A stretch of 64,000 nucleotides of DNA from an uncultured cyanobacterium (GTDB lineage Bacteria; Cyanobacteriota; Cyanobacteriia; Pseudanabaenales; Pseudanabaenaceae), in assembly GCA_963703315.1 (NCBI GenBank), contig OY969811.1:2400001-2464000 (forward strand), written 5' to 3'. Position numbers and translations under genes: made by a program. A model generated the notes under the pieces. That model searched no databases. It was not told where the DNA came from and saw nothing but the letters and a program-made list of their open reading frames with translations. Positions 50,217 to 60,950 of this stretch are shown piece by piece; positions within the stretch are counted from its first letter, which is position 1, and the number at the start of each line of letters is the position of its first letter.

Positions 50217-51905
50217 TTATGAATTGATGGCTTTGATATGGGCTTGGCGTAAGGTGGGGGATACCACTCGATGCAAGGCACTGCGCGGTAAGACTCGCAA
50301 CACTTCTTCGCTGGTAGTTATGCCCAGATTTAGTTTGTCGATCGCCGCCACTCGGAACGAATTAAACTCAATTTCGTTGAGATAGCGATTCATTTGGGCG
50401 ATCGTACCTTCATAAATCATTTGCCGAAAAGCATCATCAATGTCAATTAGCTCAACTACAGCTTCACGTCCGATATAACCAGTGAAGAAGCATTTTTTGC
50501 AACCTTTGCCTTTGCGCCAACGACTGGGATCAATATCTTCAGGATCGAGCCGCAGAGCTTGTAATTCTGATGTAGTCGGACGGTAAGCAACTGAACAATG
50601 AGGACAGTTTTTGCGAACTAGTCGCTGGGCAATGACACCTAAAAGTGCATCACTGATTAGCCCAGGGTCGGGTCCTAGATCTTTGAGTCGGGGAATCGCG
50701 CTAGCAGCATCATTGGTGTGCATCGTGGAGAGGACTAAATGTCCCGTGAGGGCAGCACGGACAACGGTTTCTGCCGTTTCAGGATCGCGGACTTCGCCCA
50801 CCATCACTATGTCTGGATCTTGGCGCAGAATAGCCCGTAGTCCTGCGGCAAAGGTCATGCCTGCGGGTTCACAGACTTGAGTTTGGGTGATATTTGGCAA
50901 GATATATTCAACGGGATCTTCTACGGTGATCACGTTGACGTGTTCTTGGGCGATCGCCTGCAAGCTGGTATAGAGAGTACTGGTTTTACCCGATCCCGTT
51001 GGTCCTGTCATAATGATCAAGCCTTGGGGTTGTCGTAGCCAACTGTCATAAATTTTGAGGGCGCGATCGCTAAAGCCGAGACATTCTAAATGATTAGAAA
51101 AAGGATTATCACGGGGTAACAAACGAATTACGGCTTTCTCTCCACAGACGCAGGGTAATGTACTCACCCGCATATCCAGATTGAGATGCAAACTTTCTTC
51201 GCTAGTATATGCTTTACCGATCCGTCCATCTTGAGGGCGACGACTATCAGCAATGTCCATGTCAGACATTACCTTAAGTGCCACAATAATTTTGCGACTG
51301 ATTTCAAGGGGCAATGTTTTAATATCGCGCAAAATGCCATCAATCCGATAGCGCACCCGCAAACCTGTAGGTGTCGGCTCTAGGTGAATATCACTGGCGC
51401 GATGTTGCAAGGCGATCGAAATTAGGGCATTAATGCGGCGAGTCTGATCAACGGCTTGGGATAGATATAAGTCTGTGGCTTCGCCAATATCAACCTGTTC
51501 GGTTTCGCCAGTGAGGGGATTAATCGGCTGGGCAGAATGGATCTCATTAGGATTCGGAATATTTTGACGGCGGAACCATGTCCGATAGCTATCGGTAGAA
51601 ATCTTGATCACTTTAATTTCGGTCAAAGTGCGATCGCTGATTAGCTTGATCTGATCATTACTGACAGTTTGAGGACTACCAATATAAAAGCAATTGCGCC
51701 AGAGTAAGAGGGGAATTACTGGAGGCAAAATGTTGCGATCTTCAAATTCGCGAAAAAATCGATGGTTTAAATCTTGATCTAGCCAATCTAGATGGACATT
51801 GCCATCAATATCAATCAGAAACTGCAAAGCTTCTTCACAGGAAGCAATATTTCCATGACGTAAACGTTTCCAGACTGATTCCCCTACTGAAGGTGTTTGG
51901 CTCAT
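50217..51905 (-). CDS. GspE/PulE/PilB family secretion ATPase
   Basis: ASDIHLEP, RYRIDG, RRPQDGR, GPTGSGKT, EDPVE and LRQDPD motifs; CPHC..CKKC zinc site. Confidence 0.93.
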   Translation of the reverse strand: MSQTPSVGESVWKRLRHGNIASCEEALQFLIDIDGNVHLDWLDQDLNHRFFREFEDRNILPPVIPLLLWRNCFYIGSPQTVSNDQIKLISDRTLTEIKVIKISTDSYRTWFRRQNIPNPNEIHSAQPINPLTGETEQVDIGEATDLYLSQAVDQTRRINALISIALQHRASDIHLEPTPTGLRVRYRIDGILRDIKTLPLEISRKIIVALKVMSDMDIADSRRPQDGRIGKAYTSEESLHLNLDMRVSTLPCVCGEKAVIRLLPRDNPFSNHLECLGFSDRALKIYDSWLRQPQGLIIMTGPTGSGKTSTLYTSLQAIAQEHVNVITVEDPVEYILPNITQTQVCEPAGMTFAAGLRAILRQDPDIVMVGEVRDPETAETVVRAALTGHLVLSTMHTNDAASAIPRLKDLGPDPGLISDALLGVIAQRLVRKNCPHCSVAYRPTTSELQALRLDPEDIDPSRWRKGKGCKKCFFTGYIGREAVVELIDIDDAFRQMIYEGTIAQMNRYLNEIEFNSFRVAAIDKLNLGITTSEEVLRVLPRSALHRVVSPTLRQAHIKAINS

Positions 51906-52012
51906 TCCCGTTAGCCCATGATAGAACTTGCCAACATCTTAACAGCAATCCCAAAACTAAAAAGGGCTACGCCCTTTTTAGTTTTGGGATTGCTAGATTT
52001 GTTTATACAAAT

Positions 52013-52201
52013 TCACTTCATCTCGTTATATTTTTTGTTGAACTGCTTCTTCGCCTGTTCATAAACCTCAAGGGTAATTTCCGAAAAATTATTGTCTTGA
52101 GCATATTTTTCAATCTTTTTAAAAGCAAAAGGTCTGACAAAAAAAGGAATGTCCTTGAGTTTTGCTTCGGCTTCGGCAGTCCATATAATTTTTTCACTCA
52201 T
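52013..52201 (-). CDS. Second stand-alone PCP_red small protein
   Basis: WTAEAEAKLKDIPFFVRPFAFKKIEKYA...ITLEVYEQAK. Confidence 0.82.
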   Translation of the reverse strand: MSEKIIWTAEAEAKLKDIPFFVRPFAFKKIEKYAQDNNFSEITLEVYEQAKKQFNKKYNEMK

Positions 52202-52472
52202 TGATTTTTGGGTTGTATTTTGAAAGGTCGATTTTGAGAGGTTACTTAATTCTTTACAAAGTTTAAAGCATTACCTTTATTTGTTTTCATGCCAAGTTGC
52301 TAAAAGTTGCCATACCTCATCACCCCAATCAATCTAGCTTTTTTAATAGAAAATCAGTAGCTGGGCATAATTAAAACTCAGAGCTAAAACCTGTGGCGAT
52401 CGCGCAGCGATCGCCACAGGTTTTGGCTCTGGTTTTATATTTGCTACTTCTCATAAATTATCATCAAAACCT

Positions 52473-52937
52473 ATGAATATCATTGATCCTAGCCAAGTCC
52501 CTAGCCGCACAGGTTCTAACTATCCAGATATTTTTAAACCCGTAGTCGCTGGACGTGAAAAAAAACGTCTCGGTGATGCCGCAGGAATCAAAAACTTTGG
52601 TGTAAATCTAACCACACTCCCGCCGAAATCACGTTCGGCACTTCGTCATTGGCATACTAAACAAGATGAATTTATCTATGTGCTATCGGGAGAAATGACT
52701 TTGCTTACTGATGAAGGAAAATCAATTTTACAGGCTGGTCAAGCGGTTGGATTCCTTGCAGGAGAGGCAAATGGTCATTGTCTTTATAACCATACTGAGG
52801 CGATCGCTACCTATCTAGAAATAGGCGATCGCTCTCTCGATGATCAAGTAACCTATCCCGATGATGATCTAATGGCACACATGACAGAACAAGGATGGCA
52901 GTTTACTCATAAAGATGGAACATCTTATTTTTCATAA
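52473..52937 (+). CDS. Cupin domain protein
   Basis: FGVN, SALRHWHTKQDEFIYVLSGE, GHCL and YPDDDL motifs. Confidence 0.9.
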   Translation: MNIIDPSQVPSRTGSNYPDIFKPVVAGREKKRLGDAAGIKNFGVNLTTLPPKSRSALRHWHTKQDEFIYVLSGEMTLLTDEGKSILQAGQAVGFLAGEANGHCLYNHTEAIATYLEIGDRSLDDQVTYPDDDLMAHMTEQGWQFTHKDGTSYFS

Positions 52938-53167
52938 ATATCGCGATCGCCTTGCTTGTCTGGACAATCAAGGTGATTAAGATACAGCAAAGCAAGAGTT
53001 AGCTAGTACAAGTCAAAACCCAAGAAGTGAGTTGCAGCGCTTCGCGCTGCAACTCACTTCTTGTTTTATGTCCTAAGCAAAACTTGCATTGCTATAATCT
53101 AAAATCAATTAATGATGTTAGATTATTTTCTTTTGCCACAATCTAACAAATTTGTTGATAGTAAAAG

Positions 53168-53584
53168 ATGCCACCAAGGTTACAGCTTAAAACTGAAGAT
53201 TGTTCACCACTAGGGCTATACGTTCTGCAATATTTAGAAGAACAAGACATTAGTATGAACCATCTCGCCGAGTTGGCTGGTGTCCCCCAACCAAGACTAC
53301 GTGGTGCTTGCTTTAAAGGAACTTGTCCCACACCTGAAACTTTGCGAAAGTTGGCAAAAATTATGGGGAAGCACCATTTAGAGCTTTACACATTGGCATA
53401 TCAAGGCAGGATTGAAATGATTCCTGAAGATGTCGATGATAATTTGCTAGATATTTTAATCAGGCAAATGCTAGAAACTGCCCGCGAGTTAAACTTAGCA
53501 ATGCCTAAAGTCCAGCCATCAAAGGCAAAAATCCGTAAAGCATTAATAGAACTAGGCTTTAGAGAGAAGCGAGAAGAACTATAA
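53168..53584 (+). CDS. XRE-like helix-turn-helix protein
   Basis: SMNHLAELAGVPQPRL...PTPETLRKLAKIM. Confidence 0.7.
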   Translation: MPPRLQLKTEDCSPLGLYVLQYLEEQDISMNHLAELAGVPQPRLRGACFKGTCPTPETLRKLAKIMGKHHLELYTLAYQGRIEMIPEDVDDNLLDILIRQMLETARELNLAMPKVQPSKAKIRKALIELGFREKREEL

Positions 53585-53615
53585 CAAAGAAGGCTCGCTT
53601 TGCGAGCCTTCTTTG

Positions 53616-54431
53616 TTAATTAGCTTGCACGACCATAGCAGCTAGTTTCTGAAAACGCCGTGGATCACCTTCCTCTAAATTTGCTGCACGTTCCAGACGT
53701 TTAATTTCGTAAAGCTGATTGAGAATATCTTGCCAATCATCAGGGGTTAAAGGGGATTTTTTCGCTTCCGTTGTGGTTACTTCTGTAGAAATATGAGTAT
53801 TTGCTTGAATATTCTGTAGAGCAAGCCAAACACGAGCGCGAACAGCTACAGTTTCTTCACTATTTGCCATCTGTTCAAGTTGTGATTGAATTTGCGATCG
53901 CCATTGCGGATATGTATCAGCGATCGTAAGTGCCAAAGCCTGCAACCCAACAACCGCAGCATAGCGGACTACCCATTCATCATCCTGTTTCGCCACAAAT
54001 AGCAATGCTTCTAGTGCTTCCTCTTGGGCAATCTCGCGCAGTTCATCAGGGAACCAATGCCACTTCATCAAACCTAAACCCTTAACAGCAGCACGGCGCA
54101 CACTAAAAGCGAAATCCGCAGTTGCTACACCTAGCAAAGTGACTAATCCGCGCGGATCACCAATCCCTGCTAAAGCCCGAATTGCCCACGATCGCGCAGT
54201 GTAGTTGTGCCGATCCAACAGTTCTAACAAAGCGGGAACAGATGGATCACCTAGCCAAATCAGTCCATCGACAGCAGCAACGGCGGCTCCAGGATTGTTG
54301 TAGCTCAAAGCTTCAATCAAGGTGGAAATAGCTCCTTCTAATCGAGCGTTTGCTAGATTTTGAACTGCTTCGAGTAGTCGGCTAGAAGAATCTGCTTCGT
54401 CTACAGCCTGAATGAGTTGAGAAAGAGACAT
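53616..54431 (-). CDS. cpcF: Phycocyanin alpha-subunit lyase CpcF
   Basis: HEAT repeats; LSYNNPGAAVAAVDGL, DFAFSVRRAA and EWVVRYAAVVGL motifs; follows cpcE. Confidence 0.93.
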   Translation of the reverse strand: MSLSQLIQAVDEADSSSRLLEAVQNLANARLEGAISTLIEALSYNNPGAAVAAVDGLIWLGDPSVPALLELLDRHNYTARSWAIRALAGIGDPRGLVTLLGVATADFAFSVRRAAVKGLGLMKWHWFPDELREIAQEEALEALLFVAKQDDEWVVRYAAVVGLQALALTIADTYPQWRSQIQSQLEQMANSEETVAVRARVWLALQNIQANTHISTEVTTTEAKKSPLTPDDWQDILNQLYEIKRLERAANLEEGDPRRFQKLAAMVVQAN

Positions 54432-54470
54432 ATATGAGTAAAGTAATGGAACGCTTTACGCTTCTCTACT

Positions 54471-55286
54471 TTACAATAAATCATCCATCAGTGCCATGAT
54501 CCTAATTGCCCCTTCCGTAAGATTGGGCGGCGTAGTCAGGAGAATCTGTTTTTCTAATAGACCTTTTAGAGAAATTAACTTGAGGCTATTTTCTGCCATC
54601 GTATTGCTAATTGCTTCTGCTGCGCCCAAATAACCGATCGCCCCTAAATCTGAAAGTACTGTCCGCCGTAGTTGTAAGTCATCATTGGCAAGAGCCTTAA
54701 CCAAAATATCCCCATACTGATTTGCAAGTTCAGGCTCCGATGAAAGCTGATACATGGCACGCGCCGCCGCATACTTCACTCTAGGAATAGGATGTTCTAA
54801 AAAAGGCAAAATATGGGGAATTGCTGCTACTGCTCCTAAAGTTCCTAAAGCTTCAAGAACGGCATCGAAGGGTTGTTCTGTTTCGACACCCGATATATCT
54901 GATGTAATTGGAGTATTGAGCATTGACAATAATTTGGGGACACAAGCTACATCCCCCAGCATTTCCAATGACTGTGCCGCCGCCTCCCGCACATAAAAAT
55001 CGTCAGATTCCAATGATCGGATTAAGGCTGGTACAGCACTGCGATCGCTTAGTTTTCCTAAAGCTCTAGCCGCATTACGTCGTAATGGATAGCCCCCTGC
55101 TTCAGTGCGATCGGCTTCATCATCAAGAGCAGCAATTAAAAGAGCGATCGCTCTAGCATCTTTCACTCGAAACCGTCCTAACCACCATGCTGCATAAATC
55201 CGCAGCCCCAAATCTTCACATTGCAAATTAATGAGCGCCTGTTCTAAGGTCAACTGATTATCATCTGGAAGTTCGGATTCGCTCAT
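54471..55286 (-). CDS. cpcE: Phycocyanin alpha-subunit lyase CpcE
   Basis: YAAWWLG, GGYPLRRNAARALGK, DFYVREAAAQSL and AENSLKLISLKGLLE motifs. Confidence 0.95.
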   Translation of the reverse strand: MSESELPDDNQLTLEQALINLQCEDLGLRIYAAWWLGRFRVKDARAIALLIAALDDEADRTEAGGYPLRRNAARALGKLSDRSAVPALIRSLESDDFYVREAAAQSLEMLGDVACVPKLLSMLNTPITSDISGVETEQPFDAVLEALGTLGAVAAIPHILPFLEHPIPRVKYAAARAMYQLSSEPELANQYGDILVKALANDDLQLRRTVLSDLGAIGYLGAAEAISNTMAENSLKLISLKGLLEKQILLTTPPNLTEGAIRIMALMDDLL

Positions 55287-55432
55287 AGCTCTATCATTAA
55301 CAGGGTTTTAAGTCTTCATTTTAATAGTTTTTTGTAGCGCGACTTTGCCGCACGACAAAAAAAGTGGAATTAAAAAAGCACCCCTTGCGAGGTGCCTTTT
55401 TGTTAATCTGAAGAATCTACTTCAAGATAAAA

Positions 55433-55924
55433 CTAGATCAATGCGTTGATAGCATAATCGAGGTAGGAGTTTGCTTCGGAAGCAGCGTCACCGCTTAGAC
55501 CGTGGTTAGCCTTGATGAACTTCAAAGCTTCAACATACCAGCTAGGAGACAATTCAAAAGTACGGTTGATTTCAGCCAAACCACTGATGAGGTAGTCATC
55601 AAGAGGACCTGTACCACCAACAACCAACGCATAGGTTACGATGCGGAGGTAGTAGCCGATGTCTCTGGCGCACTTGTCCTTACCGCGTTGGTCGGCAGCA
55701 TAGTTAGCACCAGGAGTGCTGGTGGTGTAAGGGAATTTTTGGTAAACAGCATTAGCAGCACCAGATACCAATGAATCAGCCTTAGCGGTCAAAGCACGAG
55801 CAGCTTCTAAACCAGATGCTGCTTGACGGAAACGACCGAAAGCAACCTGCAATTCGCTGGAGCTGAGGAAACGACCTTGAGAATCTGCTGTAGCTAGAGC
55901 TTCGGTTAAAGGGGTCTTCGACAT
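55433..55924 (-). CDS. cpcA: C-phycocyanin alpha subunit
   Basis: [27 protein letters not shown] (bilin-binding Cys). Confidence 0.98.
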   Translation of the reverse strand: MSKTPLTEALATADSQGRFLSSSELQVAFGRFRQAASGLEAARALTAKADSLVSGAANAVYQKFPYTTSTPGANYAADQRGKDKCARDIGYYLRIVTYALVVGGTGPLDDYLISGLAEINRTFELSPSWYVEALKFIKANHGLSGDAASEANSYLDYAINALI

Positions 55925-55973
55925 GATTTACAATATCTCCAAATAAATTTTTTAAACAATCAAAAGATTCAGA

Positions 55974-56495
55974 CTAAGCAACTGCTGCTGCTGCTCTATC
56001 AAAGTAGCTGCCGAGTTCAGCAATCAGGCTGCTGCAATCACCACGGGTAATGCCATTAGGATCGTTAGCGATTGCGATCGCTGCTTCCTTCATCTTTTGA
56101 ACGCCAACTGCAACTGAAGCACCAGGAGTACCAAGAGCCAAGTAGGTTTCTCTCAAACCGTTCAAGCAACGATCATCCAAGATGCTAGAATCGCCAGCGA
56201 ATACTGCATAGGTTACATAGCGCAAGATGATTTCCATGTCGCGCAAGCAAGCAGCCATACGACGGTTGGTGTAAGCATTTCCACCAGGAGCGATCAATGC
56301 AGGTTGCTCAGCGAACAAAGCACGAGCAGCGTTAGCAACGATTGTGGAAGAGCTACCAGTAATACGGTTTACTACGTCAATACGCTTGCTGCCATCAGCA
56401 ACAAGTGCATTCAAAGCATCTAGCTGAGAAGAGCTGAGGTATGCGCCACGTGAATCAGCTTGGGATACTACCTTGGCAAATGCATCTAATGTCAT
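55974..56495 (-). CDS. cpcB: C-phycocyanin beta subunit
   Basis: [34 protein letters not shown]. Confidence 0.98.
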   Translation of the reverse strand: MTLDAFAKVVSQADSRGAYLSSSQLDALNALVADGSKRIDVVNRITGSSSTIVANAARALFAEQPALIAPGGNAYTNRRMAACLRDMEIILRYVTYAVFAGDSSILDDRCLNGLRETYLALGTPGASVAVGVQKMKEAAIAIANDPNGITRGDCSSLIAELGSYFDRAAAAVA

Positions 56496-56760
56496 GTTAC
56501 GTTTATCTCCAAATATGTTTAAGTGTCTTTTTAAAGACTAAGACTTGGCAAAGCCAGATCTATTTAATATCTAAACCCATAACATATTTCTGAATTTCAA
56601 TCATTTTTTAGTTAGAGTGAAAAATCAGAGCAGGCTAGGGAAAGTTTTTATTTTTAAATAGTTGGACTCGCTAGCTCAACCAGTTAAAGTCTTATCTTTA
56701 GCTCGTTTCGCTGGTTCGATTTCCAACTTCTATGTTTATACTATGTCGTTGGATCGTTTT

Positions 56761-56787
56761 TTGTTACGGATTGTCACAATTTATGAC
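56761..56787. promoter_or_regulatory. Three 10 bp-spaced imperfect direct repeats upstream of cpcB (candidate OmpR-type binding site)
   Basis: TTGTTAC-GGA-TTGTCAC-AAT-TTATGAC; a minus-strand TATAAA lies at ~56735-56740. Confidence 0.4.
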
Positions 56788-57080
56788 AGCTTATTTCAGC
56801 AATTGTATTTTCTGTATCATCTAGATACTTTTAAAACAAGTAAGTATAATTACTAAACTCTTTCTGGGTAAGTCTTTAAAGGTGATCATAAATGTTAAGA
56901 AACTTGAATATGATTTTTTTATAAAAGTATTTCTGAGTCAGCTAGGAAGCGATCTATATAATCTTCTGTTCACTAAGAACTATGCACTGCATAGATTTCA
57001 GAACTCATAACATAAAACCCTAAAAGTTTTAGAGCAGCTTGCTCTAAAACTTTTAGGGTTTTATATTTCATCAAGGGTTT

Positions 57081-57995
57081 TCAAACAGGTACTTTTAGCT
57101 CAGCACCTAGAGGAAAGCCCAAGGCTTCTCTTTGGTTGTAGTAGAGTTTGGCAACCTGTCGCGCAAGGTTACGGATACGTCCAATATATCGAGTGCGCTC
57201 AGTTACAGAGATTACGCCTCTAGCATCAAGCAAGTTAAAAGAATGCGAACATTTCAACACGTAATCAAAGGCGGGTAATACTAATTCAGAAGCTATTAAA
57301 TGTCCTGCTTCTTTTTCGTATTGCAAGAATAGTTGGAACAATAAATCAGAATCCTGTGGCTTGCCGCCAAAGTTACCGAAATTGTAGCCACTATGCTCAA
57401 CTTCGCTTTGGTGATGCACTTGACCATATTTAATGTCGCCGAGGGTGGGGTGCGATCGCCACACAATGTCATACACCGAGTCCACACCTTGCAAATACAT
57501 CACCAGCCGTTCCAGACCATAGGTGATTTCCGCAGAAACAGGACGACAGTCTAAACCTCCAACCTGTTGAAAATAAGTAAATTGGGTAACTTCCATTCCA
57601 TCAAGCCATACTTCCCAGCCTACGCCCCATGCGCCGAGGGTGGGAGATTCCCAATCATCTTCGACAAAACGTACGTCATGATCGGCGGGATCTATGCCTA
57701 AATGTTTGAGGCTATTCAGATATAGCTCTAAGACATCATCGGGAGATGGCTTGAGAATTACTTGAAATTGATAGTAATGCTGTAAGCGGTTAGGGTTTTC
57801 GCCATAGCGTCCGTCAGTGGGGCGGCGACATGGTTCCACGTATGCGACACTCCAAGGTTCAGGACCGATCGCTCTTAAGAAAGTATGCGGACTCATCGTG
57901 CCAGCGCCTTTCTCAATATCGTAGGGCTGAGCAATCAGACATCCGCGATCGCTCCAATATTTTTGCAACGCTAAAATAACCGACTGAAAATCCAT
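57081..57995 (-). CDS. glyQ: Glycine-tRNA ligase alpha subunit
   Basis: [36 protein letters not shown] and EITYGLER motifs. Confidence 0.98.
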   Translation of the reverse strand: MDFQSVILALQKYWSDRGCLIAQPYDIEKGAGTMSPHTFLRAIGPEPWSVAYVEPCRRPTDGRYGENPNRLQHYYQFQVILKPSPDDVLELYLNSLKHLGIDPADHDVRFVEDDWESPTLGAWGVGWEVWLDGMEVTQFTYFQQVGGLDCRPVSAEITYGLERLVMYLQGVDSVYDIVWRSHPTLGDIKYGQVHHQSEVEHSGYNFGNFGGKPQDSDLLFQLFLQYEKEAGHLIASELVLPAFDYVLKCSHSFNLLDARGVISVTERTRYIGRIRNLARQVAKLYYNQREALGFPLGAELKVPV

Positions 57996-58209
57996 GCTGT
58001 ACAGGGCAATAACACTAGTGTTTTTTATCCTATCAGCGATCGTCATATAGCAAAAAAGTTTTGCTTAGGACACAAAACCAGAAGCGAGTTGCGGCGCTCC
58101 GCGCCGCAACTCGCTTCTGGGGTTTTAGTTTGTACTAACCCACTCTTGCTTTGCTATAGGAAGTGCGGTAATGCTTTAGGCTATTAGGATAATTTTTTGG
58201 GGAAAAGTG

Positions 58210-58833
58210 ATGAGTCTTTTTTTACAAACCCTTGCTAGTGCTGATGCTATTTATGTCAGCCAAAAATTTGAACTTGCCGAAATATTTGGCTTTGAAACCC
58301 GCAATCGTTATGTCATCAAAACCGATGATGGTCAACAATTTGGATACTGCGCTGAACCAAAGGTAGGTTTTTTAGATGCGATCATGCGGCAGTTTTTAGG
58401 ACATTGGCGAGTTTTTAATATCGTGGGAACCGATATGCATAATCAACAGGTTTTTCGCGCTCATCATCCTTTTCGGTGGTTTTTCCAGCATCTTGATGTT
58501 TTTGGTGCAGGCGATCGCCCCTTAGGAAGTTTGCAACAAAGATTTGCGTGGTTCAACAAAAAATTTGATTTTCTTGATACTAGAGGTAGGGTGATCATGA
58601 CCATGAATTCCCCGATTTGGAAAATTTGGACATTTCCGATCCAAAAAGATAGTAGAGATGTATCAGTAATTGAGAAAAAATGGTCAGGATTTTCTAAAGA
58701 ACTATTTACAGATGCCGATAATTTTAGAGTGCGATTCACCGACCTCAAATTAACCTCTGACGAAAGGTTGTTGTTATTGGCTGGTGCAGTATTTGTCGAT
58801 CTTCTCTACTTTGAGACTAAAGCTTCTTCATAG
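58210..58833 (+). CDS. Phospholipid scramblase / tubby C-like protein
   Basis: GFETRNRY, IEKKWSGFSKELFTDADNF and LLLAGAVFVDLLYFE motifs. Confidence 0.85.
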   Translation: MSLFLQTLASADAIYVSQKFELAEIFGFETRNRYVIKTDDGQQFGYCAEPKVGFLDAIMRQFLGHWRVFNIVGTDMHNQQVFRAHHPFRWFFQHLDVFGAGDRPLGSLQQRFAWFNKKFDFLDTRGRVIMTMNSPIWKIWTFPIQKDSRDVSVIEKKWSGFSKELFTDADNFRVRFTDLKLTSDERLLLLAGAVFVDLLYFETKASS

Positions 58834-58895
58834 AGATAGTGTTTTCAAAGCTAAAAATGGCGTTGCCATTTTTAGCTTTGGTATTACTAGGTTAC

Positions 58896-58936
58896 TTGCG
58901 ATTCGATCGCACCTTTAGCATCATTAGCGATCGCCT
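58896..58936 (-). repeat. 41 bp direct repeat of the cobN 3' end (candidate att site)
   Basis: 39/41 identical to 63543-63583; encodes AIANDAKGAIESQ then VT-stop (TAG 58887-58889), versus cobN AIANDAEGAIESQT-stop. Confidence 0.85.
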
Positions 58937-59883
58937 AAATCCATCATCACAAATTAGTAAGGCGATCGCTATATGTCTCAATCATTTGATCGCTCAATTT
59001 ATTCGTAATTTCATCTGTTTGTGGATATCGTTCCTTTATTTCTTGTGCAAAAGAGAATTTTCATCCATTCACTAATTGCTGAAAGCGACTATCTTCTCTA
59101 ATTCCATTAAACTCAGGATCTCGTCTTGCTCGTTTTCTAGTCATATTTGGCTTCTGAGCAATAGCTAAATCCAGATATTTAACTGAATCTTCAACATTGT
59201 TCTGTAAGGCGTAACAACAAGATTTTGCATAGAGAACATCAACGTTATTAGGATTATTATCCAAAGCTATATCGCAAATTTCTAGAGATTTTTTGTGTTG
59301 ATCTATCCAAGCAAACAAAACGCCACGACTAACTTGTAATCTAATGTCATCTGGTGCTATTTCTAAAGCTTTATTGAAATCATTGAGAGCTTCCTTATAT
59401 CGGTTAAGCCTTGTCAGTGTAATAGCCCTATGAAGCCAAGCTTCAGCATGGTTTTCTTGCAGTTTTATGGCTATATCATATCTATACAAAGCTTCTTCAT
59501 ATTTTTCTAATAATGTAAAAACATACCCAGTATTCATAAATGCTTTATTATTGTCAGGCTTTAGCTTAATAGCTTTATCAAAATCCGCAATTGCCTCTTG
59601 GTATTTTTCTAAATTAGCCTTTGCTAAACCTCGATTATTCCAAGCGTCAATAAAATCTGCTTTTAACTTAATAGCTTCATTAAAGTCTATAATTGCTTCT
59701 TGATATTTTTCTAGATCAGCTTTTGCTAAGCCTCGATTATTCCAAACATCAATATAGCCTATTTTTAGATTAATTGCTTCATCATAATCCGAGATTGCTT
59801 CTTGATATCTCCCTAAATTAGCTTTTGCAACACCTCGATTATTCCAAGCTTCAGGAAGGTTTGACTTTAGCCTAATAGCTTCG

Positions 59884-60950
59884 GGCACTGGTCAGTTAAA
59901 TCGTGAGGGAGTGAAAGCCTCGTAGTGAAAGCAACTCCAGCATGGAAAGCGGTCGATGATATAGCCCGATCGCCATAACTGGAGTCTTATTCTTCCCTAA
60001 GCCCACATGAGGTCTCACCCAGTTGTGAACTAATCTTTGCACAGTGACTGCTCGTTGTAATCCTTCGGTATTCTTCGCATATAGGTTTTGTCTGCGACGA
60101 TAAGCACTACATCTCCTTCTCAAAGCACTGTTGTTAGCTTCATTGTGATTGGCATGAATGTCACACTTGTCGCTAATAGCCGTATAGGGATGCTCAGGTT
60201 TGAGCCATTCGACCCGACGATTTCCCTGTGAACTTTTAATTTTGATCGCAACTTCTAAGCCATGTCGCCATACCTTGCGATGTCTATACTCACGACTTAC
60301 TTCAGTGGATTTGAGGCGCACACTTGCCATTTGCCATAGTTGTTGGGCATAGCGTCTTTCGCCATCGGTAAACCATCGGATGTATTGACTTGCCTTTGCC
60401 CATTGCCATGCTGTTTTGGTTGCTTTAGTAAATAATTCAGTGGTTTTGAGTCCTACCCTTGCCTCAATCCAATAGCGACTCTTACGCTCAATGAATGTCA
60501 CTGTCCATCCTTTTGACTTTGAGGGGGGGAAGGTTCTCGCCTACGCGAGTGTAAACCTCATCTCCCTCGACTGTTATATCTCCTCCTGCTGGGGCATCTG
60601 GACTCCATTGCTGTGACTGGGTTGCCAATTTTTGCTCCCATCTCATGATGCTGACATGGGATTTTTCGAGGACTCTGCCACTGGCTCTGATTCCCATCCC
60701 TTCACTCCTCATCTTTAGCGCTAAGGATACGACACTCGCTGGTGTTCTCAGCCTTGACATTGGCGTTCCTGTCCTTTCACTAAATCTCTTGCCGCATCCT
60801 TTACACAAATAGTTCTGGATAGCTTTGCCATCTTGGTGATGATGTTTGCCATTTTTGATGATCTTTTGGCTCTGGCAGTGGGGGCATTCCATAGCTTTCT
60901 CCTTTCCTCTGCCTCTATTTTCTCATACCACTAATTCAATGACCAGTGCC
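59884..60950 (-). mobile_element. IS1-family insertion sequence, 1067 bp
   Basis: Terminal inverted repeats GGCACTGGTCA; 8 bp TSD TAGCTTCG at 59876-59883 and 60951-60958. Confidence 0.93.
59896..60892 (-). CDS. IS1-family transposase in two frames (InsA-like 60488-60892; DDE part 59896-~60525)
   Basis: CPHC..KNG..Y.CKGC zinc ribbon and HTH; EGDEVYT, FTDG and NHNEANNSALRRR motifs; frame change at the C7 run 60523-60529. Confidence 0.85.

Noticed and set aside
5160..58160. Recurring palindromic repeats as a possible CRISPR array
   Set aside because: They are dispersed and are not regularly spaced direct repeats with unique spacers; there are no cas genes in the window.
58839..59075. 78 aa plus-strand ORF
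   Set aside because: It overlaps a family-E hairpin and the antisense of the cobN duplicate, so it is probably spurious.
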